A stretch of 64,000 nt of DNA from Eledone cirrhosa. Taxonomy: Eukaryota. The notes beneath the pieces are model-generated. The model did not search any database, had not been told where the DNA came from, and saw only the letters and a list, made by a program, of their open reading frames with translations. Position 1 is the first letter of the stretch. Each line of letters opens with the position of its first letter. This document shows, piece after piece, positions 21,101-39,600 of the stretch. A program made the position numbers and the translations under genes. Location of the stretch: assembly GCA_964016885.1 (NCBI GenBank), contig OZ024741.1:229338001-229402000 (forward strand). Reading direction: 5' to 3'.

Positions 21101-24040
21101 ACACATACACACCAGACTGATACATATACACACCAGACTGATACACATACACACCAGACTGATATACATACACACCAGACTGATATACATACACACCAGA
21201 CTGATACACATACACACCAGACTGATATACATACACACCAGACTGATACATATACACACCAGACTGATACACATACACACCAGACTGATACACATACACA
21301 CCAGACTGATATACATACACACCAGACTGATACATATACACACCAGACTGATACACATACACACCAGACTGATACACATACATACCAGACTGATATACAT
21401 ACACACCAGACTGATACACATACACACCAGACTGATACATATACACACCAGACTGATACACATACACACCAGACTGATATACATACACACCAGACTGATA
21501 TACATACACACCAGACTGATACACATACACACCAGACTGATACACATACACACCAGACTGATACACATACATACCAGACTGATATACATACACACCAGAC
21601 TGATACACATACACACCAGACTGATACACATACACACCAGACTGATACACATACATACCAGACTGATATACATACACACCAGACTGATATACATACACAC
21701 CAGACTGATACACATACACACCAGACTGATACATATACACACCAGACTGATACACATACACACCAGACTGATATACATACACATCAGACTGATACACATA
21801 CACACCAGACTGATACACATACACACCAGACTGATACACATACACACCAGACTGATACAAATACACACCAGACTGATATGCATACACACCAGACTGATAT
21901 ACATACACATCAGACTGATACACATACACACCAGACTTATACACATACACATCAGACTGATACACATACACACGAGACTGATACAAATACACACCAGACT
22001 GATACACATTCACACCAGACTGATATACATACACATCAGACTGATACACATACACACCAGACTGATACACATACACACCAGACTGATACACATACACACC
22101 AGACTGATATGCATACACACCAGACTGATACAAACACACACCAGACTGATACACATACACACCAGACTGATATGCATACACCCCAGACTGATACAAATAC
22201 ACACCAGACTGATACACATACACACCAGACTGATATACATACACACCAGATTGATATACATACACACCAGACTGATACACATACACACCGGACTGATACA
22301 CATACACACCAGACTGATACACACACACACCAGACTGATACACATACACACCAGACTGATACACACACACACCAGACTGATACACATACACATCAGACTG
22401 ATATACATACACACCAAACTGATACACATACACACCAGACTGATACACATACACACCAGACTGATATACATACACACCAGACTGATTCACATACACACCA
22501 TACTGATATACATACACACCAGACTGATATACATACACACAAGACTGATACACATACACACCAGACTGATACACATACACACCAGACTGATATACATACA
22601 CACCAGAATGATTCACATACACACCATACTGATATACATACACACCATACTGATATACATACACACCAGACTGATATACATACACACCAGACTGATACAT
22701 ATACACACCAGACTGATACACATACACACCAGACTGATATACATACACACCAGACTGATATACATACACACCAGACTGATACACATACACACCAGACTGA
22801 TATACATACACACCAGACTGATACATATACACACCAGACTGATACACATACACACCAGACTGATACACACACACACCAGACTGATACACATACACACCAG
22901 ACTGATACATATACACACCAGACTGATACACATACACACCAGACTGATACACATACATACCAGACTGATATACATACACACCAGACTGATACACATACAC
23001 ACCAGACTGATACATATACACACCAGACTGATACACATACACACCAGACTGATATACATACACACCAGACTGATATACATACACACCAGACTGATACACA
23101 TACACACCAGACTGATACACATACACACCAGACTGATACACATACATACCAGACTGATATACATACACACCAGACTGATACACATACACACCAGACTGAT
23201 ACACATACACACCAGACTGATACACATACATACCAGACTGATATACATACACACCAGACTGATATACATACACACCAGACTGATACACATACACACCAGA
23301 CTGATACATATACACACCAGACTGATACACATACACACCAGACTGATATACATACACATCAGACTGATACACATACACACCAGACTGATACACATACACA
23401 CCAGACTGATACACATACACACCAGACTGATACAAATACACACCAGACTGATATGCATACACACCAGACTGATATACATACACATCAGACTGATACACAT
23501 ACACACCAGACTTATACACATACACATCAGACTGATACACATACACACGAGACTGATACAAATACACACCAGACTGATACACATTCACACCAGACTGATA
23601 TACATACACATCAGACTGATACACATACACACCAGACTGATACACATACACACCAGACTGATACACATACACACCAGACTGATATGCATACCCACCAGAC
23701 TGATACAAACACACACCAGACTGATACACATACACACCAGACTGATATGCATACACCCCAGACTGATACAAATACACACCAGACTGATACACATACACAC
23801 CAGACTGATATACATACACACCAGATTGATATACATACACACCAGACTGATACACATACACACCGGACTGATACACATACACACCAGACTGATACACACA
23901 CACACCAGACTGATACACATACACACCAGACTGATACACACACACACCAGACTGATACACATACACATCAGACTGATATACATACACACCAAACTGATAC
24001 ACATACACACCAGACTGATACACATACACACCAGACTGAT
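18150..24040. repeat. Three copies of a ~1.3-2 kb block at offsets 2310 bp (110 units), 1575 bp (75 units) and 3885 bp (185 units)
   Basis: CACGAGAC followed by ACATTCAC at 19661, 21971 and 23546. Near-identical ORF-track entries at 19726/22036/23611 and 18728/22613. Confidence 0.85.
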
Positions 24041-27000
24041 ATACATACACACCAGACTGATTCACATACACACCATACTGATATACATACACACCAGACT
24101 GATATACATACACACAAGACTGATACACATACACACCAGACTGATACACATACACACCAGACTGATATACATACACACCAGAATGATTCACATACACACC
24201 ATACTGATATACATACACACCATACTGATATACATACACACCAGACTGATATACATACACACCAGACTGATACACATACACATCAGACTGATACACATAC
24301 ACACCAGACTGATATACATACACACCAGACTGATACACATACACACCAGACTGATATACACACACACCAGACTGATACACACCCACACAAGACTGATACA
24401 CATACACACCAGACTGATACAGATACACATCAGACTGATACACATACACACCAAACTGATACACATACACACCAGACTGATACACATACACACCAGACTG
24501 ATACACATACACATCAGACTGATATACATACACACCAAACTGATATACACACACACCAGACTGATACACATACACACCAGACTGATACACACACACACAC
24601 CAGACTTATACACATACACATCAGACTGATATACATATACACCAAACTGATACACATACACACCAGACTGATACACAAACACACCAGACTGATACACATA
24701 CACACCAGACTGATACACATACACACCAGACTGATACAGATACACACCAGACTGATACACTTACACACCAGACTGATACACATACACACCAGACTGATAT
24801 ACATACACACCAGACTGATATACATACACACTAGACTGATACACATACACACCAGACTGATACACATACACACCAGACTGATACACATACATACCAGACT
24901 GATATACATACACACCAGACTGATATACATACACACCAGACTGATACACATACACACCAGAATGATACATATACACACCAGACTGATACACATACACACC
25001 AGACTGATATACATACACACCAGACTGATATACATACACACCATACTGATATACATACACACCAGACTGATACACATACACACCAGACTGATACATATAC
25101 ACACCAGACTGATATACATAAACACCAGACTGATATACATACACACCAGACTGATACACATACACACCAGACTGATACACATATACACCAGACTGATACA
25201 CATACACACCAGACTGATATACATACACACCAGACTGATATACATACACACCAGACTGATACACATACACACCAGTCTGATACATATACACACCAGACTG
25301 ATACACATACACACCAGACTGATATACATACACACCAGACTGATACATATACACACCAGACTGATACACATACACACCAGACTGATATACATACACACCA
25401 GACTGATATACATACACACCAGACTGATACACATACACACCAGACTGATACATATACACACCAGACTGATACACATACACACCAGACTGATATACATACA
25501 CACCAGACTGATATACATACACACCAGACTGATACACATACACACCAGACTGATATACATACACACCAGACTGATACATATACACACCAGACTGATACAC
25601 ATACACACCAGACTGATACACATACACACCAGACTGATATACATACACACCAGACTGATACATATACACACCAGACTGATACATATACACACCAGACTGA
25701 TACACATACACACCAGACTGATATACATACACACCAGACTGATATACATACACACCAGACTGATACACATACACACCAGACTGATACACATACACACCAG
25801 ACTGATACACATACATACCAGACTGATATACATACACACCAGACTGATACACACACACACCAGACTGATACACATACACATCAGACTGATATACATACAC
25901 ACCAAACTGATACACATACACACCAGACTGATACACATACACACCAGACTGATATACATACACACCAGACTGATTCACATACACACCATACTGATATACA
26001 TACACACCAGACTGATATACATACACACAAGACTGATACACATACACACCAGACTGATACACATACACACCAGACTGATATACATACACACCAGAATGAT
26101 TCACATACACACCATACTGATATACATACACACCATACTGATATACATACACACCAGACTGATATACATACACACCAGACTGATACACATACACATCAGA
26201 CTGATACACATACACACCAGACTGATATACATACACACCAGACTGATACACATACACACCAGACTGATATACACACACACCAGACTGATACACACCCACA
26301 CAAGACTGATACACATACACACCAGACTGATACAGATACACATCAGACTGATACACATACACACCAAACTGATACACATACACACCAGACTGATACACAT
26401 ACACACCAGACTGATACACATACACATCAGACTGATATACATACACACCAAACTGATATACACACACACCAGACTGATACACATACACACCAGACTGATA
26501 CACACACACACACCAGACTTATACACATACACATCAGACTGATATACATATACACCAAACTGATACACATACACACCAGACTGATACACAAACACACCAG
26601 ACTGATACACATACACACCAGACTGATACACATACACACCAGACTGATACAGATACACACCAGACTGATACACTTACACACCAGACTGATACACATACAC
26701 ACCAGACTGATATACATACACACCAGACTGATATACATACACACTAGACTGATACACATACACACCAGACTGATACACATACACACCAGACTGATACACA
26801 TACATACCAGACTGATATACATACACACCAGACTGATATACATACACACCAGACTGATACACATACACACCAGAATGATACATATACACACCAGACTGAT
26901 ACACATACACACCAGACTGATATACATACACACCAGACTGATATACATACACACCAGACTGATATACATACACACCAGACTGATACACATACACACCAGA

Positions 27001-27780
27001 CTGATACATATACACACCAGACTGATATACATAAACACCAGACTGATATACATACACACCAGACTGATACACATACACACCAGACTGATACACATATACA
27101 CCAGACTGATACACATACACACCAGACTGATATACATACACACCAGACTGATATACATACACACCAGACTGATACACATACACACCAGTCTGATACATAT
27201 ACACACCAGACTGATACACATACACACCAGACTGATATACATACACACCAGACTGATACATATACACACCAGACTGATACACATACACACCAGACTGATA
27301 TACATACACACCAGACTGATATACATACACACCAGACTGATACACATACACACCAGACTGATACATATACACACCAGACTGATACACATACACACCAGAC
27401 TGATATACATACACACCAGACTGATATACATACACACCAGACTGATACACATACACACCAGACTGATATACATACACACCAGACTGATACATATACACAC
27501 CAGACTGATACACATACACACCAGACTGATACACATACACACCAGACTGATATACATACACACCAGACTGATACATATACACACCAGACTGATACATATA
27601 CACACCAGACTGATACACATACACACCAGACTGATATACATACACACCAGACTGATATACATACACACCAGACTGATACACATACACACCAGACTGATAC
27701 ACATACACACCAGACTGATACACATACATACCAGACTGATATACATACACACCAGACTGATACACATACACACCAGACTG
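24040..27780. repeat. Tandem duplication with 1913-bp period (91 units + 2 bp)
   Basis: ORFs 24188..24760 and 26101..26673 are identical. Shared rare variants ACAGATACACATCAG (~24419/26332), GAATGATACATAT (~24960/26873) and CCAGTCTGATACATAT (~25272/27185). Boundaries approximate. Confidence 0.85.
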
Positions 27781-30700
27781 ATACACATACACACCAGACT
27801 GATACACATACATACCAGACTGATATACATACACACCAGACTGATATACATACACACCAGACTGATACACATACACACCAGACTGATACATATACACACC
27901 AGACTGATACACATACACACCAGACTGATATACATACACACCAGACTGATATACATACACACCAGACTGATATACATACACACCAGACTGATACACATAC
28001 ACACCAGACTGATACATATACACACCAGACTGATATACATAAACACCAGACTGATATACATACACACCAGACTGATACACATACACACCAGAATGATACA
28101 CATACACTCCAGACTGATATACATACACACCAGACTGATACACATACACACCAGACTGATACACATACACACCAGACTGATATACATACACACCAGACTG
28201 ATACACATACACACCAGACTGATACACATACACACCAGACTGATATACATACACACTAGACTGATATACATACACACCAGACTGATACACATACACTCCA
28301 GACTGATATACATACACACCAGACTGATATACATACACACCAGACTGATACACATACACACCAGACTGATACACATACACACCAGACTGATACAAATACA
28401 CACCAGACAGATACACATACACACCAGACTGATATACATACACATCAGACTGATACACATACACACCAGACTGATACACATACACACCAGACTGATACAC
28501 ATACACACCAGACTGATACAAATACACACCAGACTGATACACATACACACCAGACTGATATACATACACATCAGACTGATACACATACACACCAGACTGA
28601 TACACATACACATCAGACTGATACACATACACACCAGACTGATACAAATACACACCAGACTGATACACATACACACCAGACTGATATACATACACATCAG
28701 ACTGATACACATACACACCAGACTGATACACATACACACCAGACTGATACACATACACACCAGACTGATATGCATACACACCAGACTGATACAAACACAC
28801 ACCAGACTGATACACATACACACCAGACTGATATGAATACACCCCAGACTGATACAAATACACACCAGACTGATACACATACACACCAGACTGATATACA
28901 TACACACCAGAGTGATATACATACACACCAGACTGATACACATACACACCAGACTGATACACATACACACCAGACTGATACACACACACACCAGAATGAT
29001 ACACATACACACCAGACTGATACACACACACACCAGACTGATACACATACACATCAGACTGATATACATACACACCAAACTGATACACATACACACCAGA
29101 CTGATACACATACACACCAGACTGATATACATACACACCAGACTGATTCACATACACACCATACTGATATACATACACACCAGACTGATATACATACACA
29201 CAAGACTGATACACATACACACCAGACTGATACACATACACACCAGACTGATATACATACACACCAGACTGATTCACATACACACCATACTGATATACAT
29301 ACACACCATACTGATATACATACACACCAGACTGATATACATACACACCAGACTGATACACATACACATCAGACTGATACACATACACATCAGACTGATA
29401 CACATACACACCAGACTGATATACATACACACCAGACTGATACACATACACACCAGACTGATATACACACACACCAGACTGATACACACCCACACAAGAC
29501 TGATACACATACACACCAGACTGATACACATACACACCAGACTGATACACATACACACCAAACTGATACACATACACACCAGACTGATACACATACACAC
29601 CAGACTGATACACATACACATCAGACTGATATACATACACACCAAACTGATATACACACACACCAGACTGATACACATACACACCAGACTGATACACACA
29701 CACACACCAGACTGATACACATACACATCAGACTGATATACATACACACCAAACTGATACACATACTCACCAGACTGATACACAAACACACCAGACTGAT
29801 ACACATACACACCAGACTGATACACATACACACCAGACTGATACAGATACACACCAGACTGATACACATACACACCAGACTGATACACATACACACCAGA
29901 CTGATATACATACACACCAGACTGATATACATACACACCAGACTGATACACATACACACCAGACTGATACACATACACACCAGACTGATACACATACATA
30001 CCAGACTGATATACATACACACCAGACTGATATACATACACACCAGACTGATACACATACACACCAGACTGATACATATACACACCAGACTGATACACAT
30101 ACACACCAGACTGATATACATACACACCAGACTGATATACATACACACCAGACTGATATACATACACACCAGACTGATACACATACACACCAGACTGATA
30201 CATATACACACCAGACTGATATACATAAACACCAGACTGATAGACATACACACCAGACTGATACACATACACACCAGACTGATACACATACACACCAGAC
30301 TGATACACATACACACCAGACTGATATACATACACACCAGACTGATATACATACACACCAGACTGATACACATACACACCAGACTGATACATATACACAC
30401 CAGACTGATACACATACACACCAGACTGATATACATACACACCAGACTGATATACATACACACCAGACTGATACACATACACACCAGACTGATACATATA
30501 CACACCAGACTGATACACATACACACCAGACTGATATACATACACACCAGACTGATACATATACACACCAGACTGATACACATACACACCAGACTGATAT
30601 ACATACACACCAGACTGATATACATACACACCAGACTGATACACATACACACCAGACTGATACATATACACACCAGACTGATACCCATACACACCAGACT

Positions 30701-33700
30701 GATATACATACACACCAGACTGATATACATACACACCAGACTGATACACATACACACCAGACTGATATACATACACACCAGACTGATACATATACACACC
30801 AGACTGATACACATACACACCAGACTGATACACATACACACCAGACTGATATACATACACACCAGACTGATACATATACACACCAGACTGATACATATAC
30901 ACACCAGACTGATACACATACACACCAGACTGATATACATACACACCAGACTGATATACATACACACCAGACTGATACACATACACACCAGACTGATACA
31001 CATACACACCAGACTGATACACATACATACCAGACTGATATACATACACACCAGACTGATACACATACACACCAGACTGATACACATACACACCAGACTG
31101 ATACACATACATACCAGACTGATATACATACACACCAGACTGATATACATACACACCAGACTGATACACATACACACCAGACTGATACATATACACACCA
31201 GACTGATACACATACACACCAGACTGATATACATACACACCAGACTGATATACATACACACCAGACTGATATACATACACACCAGACTGATACACATACA
31301 CACCAGACTGATACATATACACACCAGACTGATATACATAAACACCAGACTGATATACATACACACCAGACTGATACACATACACACCAGAATGATACAC
31401 ATACACTCCAGACTGATATACATACACACCAGACTGATACACATACACACCAGACTGATACACATACACACCAGACTGATATACATAAACACCAGACTGA
31501 TACACATACACACCAGACTGATACACATACACACCAGACTGATATACATACACACTAGACTGATATACATACACACCAGACTGATACACATACACTCCAG
31601 ACTGATATACATACACACCAGACTGATATACATACACACCAGACTGATACACATACACACCAGACTGATACACATACACACCAGACTGATACAAATACAC
31701 ACCAGACTGATACACATACACACCAGACTGATATACATACACATCAGACTGATACACATACACACCAGACTGATACACATACACACCAGACTGATACACA
31801 TACACACCAGACTGATACAAATACACACCAGACTGATACACATACACACCAGACTGATATACATACACATCAGACTGATACACATACACACCAGACTGAT
31901 ACACATACACATCAGACTGATACACATACACACCAGACTGATACAAATACACACCAGACTGATACACATACACACCAGACTGATATACATACACATCAGA
32001 CTGATACACATACACACCAGACTGATACACATACACACCAGACTGATACACATACACACCAGACTGATATGCATACACACCAGACTGATACAAACACACA
32101 CCAGACTGATACACATACACACCAGACTGATATGAATACACCCCAGACTGATACAAATACACACCAGACTGATACACATACACACCAGACTGATATACAT
32201 ACACACCAGAGTGATATACATACACACCAGACTGATACACATACACACCAGACTGATACACATACACACCAGACTGATACACACACACACCAGACTGATA
32301 CACATACACACCAGACTGATACACACACACACCAGACTGATACACATACACATCAGACTGATATACATACACACCAAACTGATACACATACACACCAGAC
32401 TGATACACATACACACCAGACTGATATACATACACACCAGACTGATTCACATACACACCATACTGATATACATACACACCAGACTGATATACATACACAC
32501 AAGACTGATACACATACACACCAGACTGATACACATACACACCAGACTGATATACATACACACCAGACTGATTCACATACACACCATACTGATATACATA
32601 CACACCATACTGATATACATACACACCAGACTGATATACATACACACCAGACTGATACACATACACATCAGACTGATACACATACACATCAGACTGATAC
32701 ACATACACATCAGACTGATACACATACACACCAAACTGATACACATACACACCAGACTGATACACATACACACCAGACTGATACACATACACATCAGACT
32801 GATATACATACACACCAAACTGATATACACACACACCAGACTGATACACATACACACCAGACTGATATACATACACACCAAACTGATACACATACTCACC
32901 AGACTGCTACACAAACACACCAGACTGATACACATACACACCAGACTGATACACATACACACCAGACTGATACAGATACACAACAGACTGATACACATAC
33001 ACACCAGACTGATACACATACACACCAGACTGATATACATACACACCAGACTGATATACATACACACCAGACTGATACACATACACACCAGACTGATACA
33101 CATACACACCAGACTGATACACATACATACCAGACTGATATACATACACACCAGACTGATATACATACACACCAGACTGATACACATACACACCAGACTG
33201 ATACATATACACACCAGACTGATACACATACACACCAGACTGATATACATACACACCAGACTGATATACATACACACCAGACTGATATACATACACACCA
33301 GACTGATACACATACACACCAGACTGATACATATACACACCAGACTGATATACATAAACACCAGACTGATAGACATACACACCAGTCTGATACACATACA
33401 CACCAGACTGATACACATACACACCAGACTGATATACATACACATCAGACTGATACACATACACACCAGACTGATACACATACACACCAGACTGATACAC
33501 ATACACACCAGACTGATACACATACACACCAGACTGATATACATACACACCAGACTGATATACATACACACCAGACTGATACACATACACACCAGACTGA
33601 TACATATACACACCAGACTGATACACATACACACCAGACTGATATACATACACACCAGACTGATATACATACACACCAGACTGATACACATACACACCAG

Positions 33701-36659
33701 ACTGATACATATACACACCAGACTGATACACATACACACCAGACTGATATACATACACACCAGACTGATACATATACACACCAGACTGATACACATACAC
33801 ACCAGACTGATATACATACACACCAGACTGATATACATACACACCAGACTGATACACATACACACCAGACTGATACATATACACACCAGACTGATACCCA
33901 TACACACCAGACTGATATACATACACACCAGACTGATATACATACACACCAGACTGATACACATACACACCAGACTGATATACATACACACCAGACTGAT
34001 ACATATACACACCAGACTGATACACATACACACCAGACTGATACACATACACACCAGACTGATATACATACACACCAGACTGATACATATACACACCAGA
34101 CTGATACATATACACACCAGACTGATACACATACACACCAGACTGATATACATACACACCAGACTGATATACATACACACCAGACTGATACACATACACA
34201 CCAGACTGATACACATACACACCAGACTGATACACATACATACCAGACTGATATACATACACACCAGACTGATACACATACACACCAGACTGATACACAT
34301 ACACACCAGACTGATATACATACACATCAGACTGATACACATACACACCAGACTGATACACATACACATCAGACTGATACACATACACACCAGACTGATA
34401 CAAATACACACCAGACTGATACACATACACACCAGACTGATATACATACACATCAGACTGATACACATACACACCAGACTGATACACATACACACCAGAC
34501 TGATACACATACACACCAGACTGATATGCATACACACCAGACTGATACAAACACACACCAGACTGATACACATACACACCAGACTGATATGAATACACCC
34601 CAGACTGATACAAATACACACCAGACTGATACACATACACACCAGACTGATATACATACACACCAGAGTGATATACATACACACCAGACTGATACACATA
34701 CACACCAGACTGATACACATACACACCAGACTGATACACACACACACCAGACTGATACACATACACACCAGACTGATATACACACACACCAGACTGATAC
34801 ACATACACATCAGACTGATAAACATACACACCAAACTGATACACATACACACCAGACTGATACACATACACACCAGACTGATATACATACACACCAGACT
34901 GATTCACATACACACCATACTGATATACATACACACCAGACTGATATACATACACACAAGACTGATACACATACACACCAGACTGATACATATACACACC
35001 AGACTGATATACATAAACACCAGACTGATATACATACACACCAGACTGATACACATACACACCAGAATGATACACATACACTCCAGACTGATATACATAC
35101 ACACCAGACTGATACACATACACACCAGACTGATACACATACACACCAGACTGATATACATACACACCAGACTGATACACATACAGACCAGACTGATACA
35201 CATACACACCAGACTGATATACATACACACTAGACTGATATACATACACACCAGACTGATACACATACACTCCAGACTGATATACATACACACCAGACTG
35301 ATATACATACACACCAGACTGATACACATACACACCAGACTGATACACATACACACCAGACTGATACAAATACACACCAGACTGATACACATACACACCA
35401 GACTGATATACATACACATCAGACTGATACACATACACACCAGACTGATACACATACACACCAGACTGATACACATACACACCAGACTGATACAAATACA
35501 CACCAGACTGATACACATACACACCAGACTGATATACATACACATCAGACTGATACACATACACACCAGACTGATACACATACACATCAGACTGATACAC
35601 ATACACACCAGACTGATACAAATACACACCAGACTGATACACATACACACCAGACTGATATACATACACATCAGACTGATACACATACACACCAGACTGA
35701 TACACATACACACCAGACTGATACACATACACACCAGACTGATATGCATACACACCAGACTGATACAAACACACACCAGACTGATACACATACACACCAG
35801 ACTGATATGAATACACCCCAGACTGATACAAATACACACCAGACTGATACACATACACACCAGACTGATATACATACACACCAGAGTGATATACATACAC
35901 ACCAGACTGATACACATACACACCAGACTGATACACATACACACCAGACTGATACACACACACCAGACTGATACACATACACACCAGACTGATACACACA
36001 CACACCAGACTGATACACATACACATCAGACTGATAAACATACACACCAAACTGATACACATACACACCAGACTGATACACATACACACCAGACTGATAT
36101 ACATACACACCAGACTGATTCACATACACACCATACTGATATACATACACACCAGACTGATATACATACACACAAGACTGATACACATACACACCAGACT
36201 GATACACATACACACCAGACTGATATACATACACACCAGACTGATTCACATACACACCATACTGATATACATACACACCATACTGATATACATACACACC
36301 AGACTGATATACATACACACCAGACTGATACACATACACATCAGACTGATACACATACACATCAGACTGATACACATACACACCAGACTGATATACATAC
36401 ACACCAGACTGATACACATACACACCAGACTGATATACACACACACCAGACTGATACACACCCACACAAGACTGATACACATACACACCAGACTGATACA
36501 CATACACATCAGACTGATACACATACACACCAAACTGATACACATACACACCAGACTGATACACATACACACCAGACTGATACACATACACATCAGACTG
36601 ATATACATACACACCAAACTGATATACACACACACCAGACTCATACACATACACACCAG

Positions 36660-39600
36660 ACTGATACACACACACACACCAGACTGATACACATACACAT
36701 CAGACTGATATACATACACACCAAACTGATACACATACTCACCAGACTGCTACACAAACACACCAGACTGATACACATACACACCAGACTGATACACATA
36801 CACACCAGACTGATACAGATACACAACAGACTGATACACATACACACCAGACTGATACACATACACACCAGACTGATATACATACACACCAGACTGATAT
36901 ACATACACACCAGACTGATACACATACACACCAGACTGATACACATACACACCAGACTGATACACATACATACCAGACTGATATACATACACACCAGACT
37001 GATATACATACACACCAGACTGATACACATACACACCAGACTGATACATATACACACCAGACTGATACACATACACACCAGACTGATATACATACACACC
37101 AGACTGATATACATACACACCAGACTGATATACATACACACCAGACTGATACACATACACACCAGACTGATACATATACACACCAGACTGATATACATAA
37201 ACACCAGACTGATAGACATACACACCAGACTGATACACATACACACCAGACTGATACACATACACACCAGACTGATACACATACACACCAGACTGATATA
37301 CATACACACCAGACTGATATACATACACACCAGACTGATACACATACACACCAGACTGATACATATACACACCAGACTGATACACATACACACCAGACTG
37401 ATATACATACACACCAGACTGATACATATACACACCAGACTGATACACATACACACCAGACTGATATACATACACACCAGACTGATATACATACACACCA
37501 GACTGATACACATACACACCAGACTGATACATATACACACCAGACTGATACACATACACACCAGACTGATATACATACACACCAGACTGATATACATACA
37601 CACCAGACTGATACACATACACACCAGACTGATATACATACACACCAGACTGATACATATACACACCAGACTGATACACATACACACCAGACTGATACAC
37701 ATACACACCAGACTGATACACATACACACCAGACTGATATACATACACAGCAGACTGATACACATACACACCAGACTGATACACATACACACCAGACTGA
37801 TACACATACACACCAGACTGATATACATACACACCAGACTGATGCATATACACACCAGACTGATATACATACACACCAGACTGATACACATACACACCAG
37901 ACTGATACACATACACACCAGAATGATACACATACACTCCAGACTGATATACATACACACCAGACTGATACACATACACACCAGACTGATACACATACAC
38001 ACCAGACTGATATACATACACACCAGACTGATACACATACACACCAGACTGATACATATACACACCAGACTGATATACATAAACACCAGACTGATATACA
38101 TACACACCAGACTGATACACATACACACCAGACTGATACACATACTCACCAGACTGATACACATACACACCAGACTGATATACATACACACCAGACGGAT
38201 ACATATACACACCAGACTGATACACATACACACCAGACTGATAAACATACACACCAGACTGATATACATACACACCAGACTGATACACATACACACCAGA
38301 CTGATACATATACACACCAGACTGATACACATACACACCAGACTGATATACATACACACCAGACTGATATACATACACACCAGACTGATACACATACACA
38401 CCAGACTGATATACATACACACCAGACTGATACATATACACACCAGACTGATACACATACACACCAGACTGATACACATACACACCAGACTGATACACAT
38501 ACACACCAGACTGATATACATACACACCAGACTGATACACATACACACCAGACTGATACACATACACACCAGACTGATACACATACACACCAGACTGATA
38601 TACATACACACTAGACTGATATACATACACACCAGACTGATACACATACACTCCAGACTGATATACATACACACCAGACTGATACACATACACACCAGAC
38701 TGATATACATACACACCAGACTGATACACATACACACCAGACTGATACACATACACACCAGACTGATACACATACACACCAGACTGATATACATACACAC
38801 CAGACTGATACACATACACACCAGACTGATACACATACACACCAGACTGATACAAATACACACCAGACTGATACACATACACACCAGACTGATATACATA
38901 CACATCAGACTGATACACATACACACCAGACTGATACACATACACACCAGACTGATACACATACACACCAGACTGATACAAATACACACCAGACTGATAC
39001 ACATACACACCAGACTGATATACATACACATCAGACTGATACACATACACACCAGACTGATACACATACACATCAGACTGATACACATACACACCAGACT
39101 GATATGCATACACACCAGACTGATACAAACACACACCAGACTGATACACATACACACCAGACTGATATGCATACACCCCAGACTGATACAAATACACACC
39201 AGACTGATACACATACACACCAGACTGATACACACACACACCAGACTGATACACATACACATCAGACTGATATACATACACACCAAACTGATACACATAC
39301 ACACCAGACTGATACACATACACACCAGACTGATATACATACACACCAGACTGATTCACATACACACCATACTGATATACATACACATCAGACTGATACA
39401 CATACACACCAGACTGATACACACACACACCAGACTGATACACATACACACCAGACTGATACACACACACACCAGACTGATACACATACACATCAGACTG
39501 ATATACATACACACCAAACTGATACACATACACACCAGACTGATACACATACACACCAGACTGATATACATACACACCAGACTGATTCACATACACACCA

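Noticed and set aside
20181-24596. Minus-strand ORFs (YQSGVYV, CISLVCM, VSVWCVC repeats) as amyloid-like or Cys-rich proteins
   Set aside because: Same artefact. All three minus frames are open at once and overlap the + strand ORFs, with no visible frame-specific constraint.
17004-24629. 2541-aa His/Thr/Ile-rich ORF and the other + strand ORFs (HTHQTDT, HTRLIHI repeats) as a metal-binding or structural protein gene
   Set aside because: Five of six frames are open simply because of the 21-bp consensus. ORFs switch peptide type at each indel, recurrent CACTAG and ATATGA/ATATAA variants add stops, and there is no unique N- or C-terminal domain or signal peptide. Ribosome profiling or proteomics would be needed to revive this.
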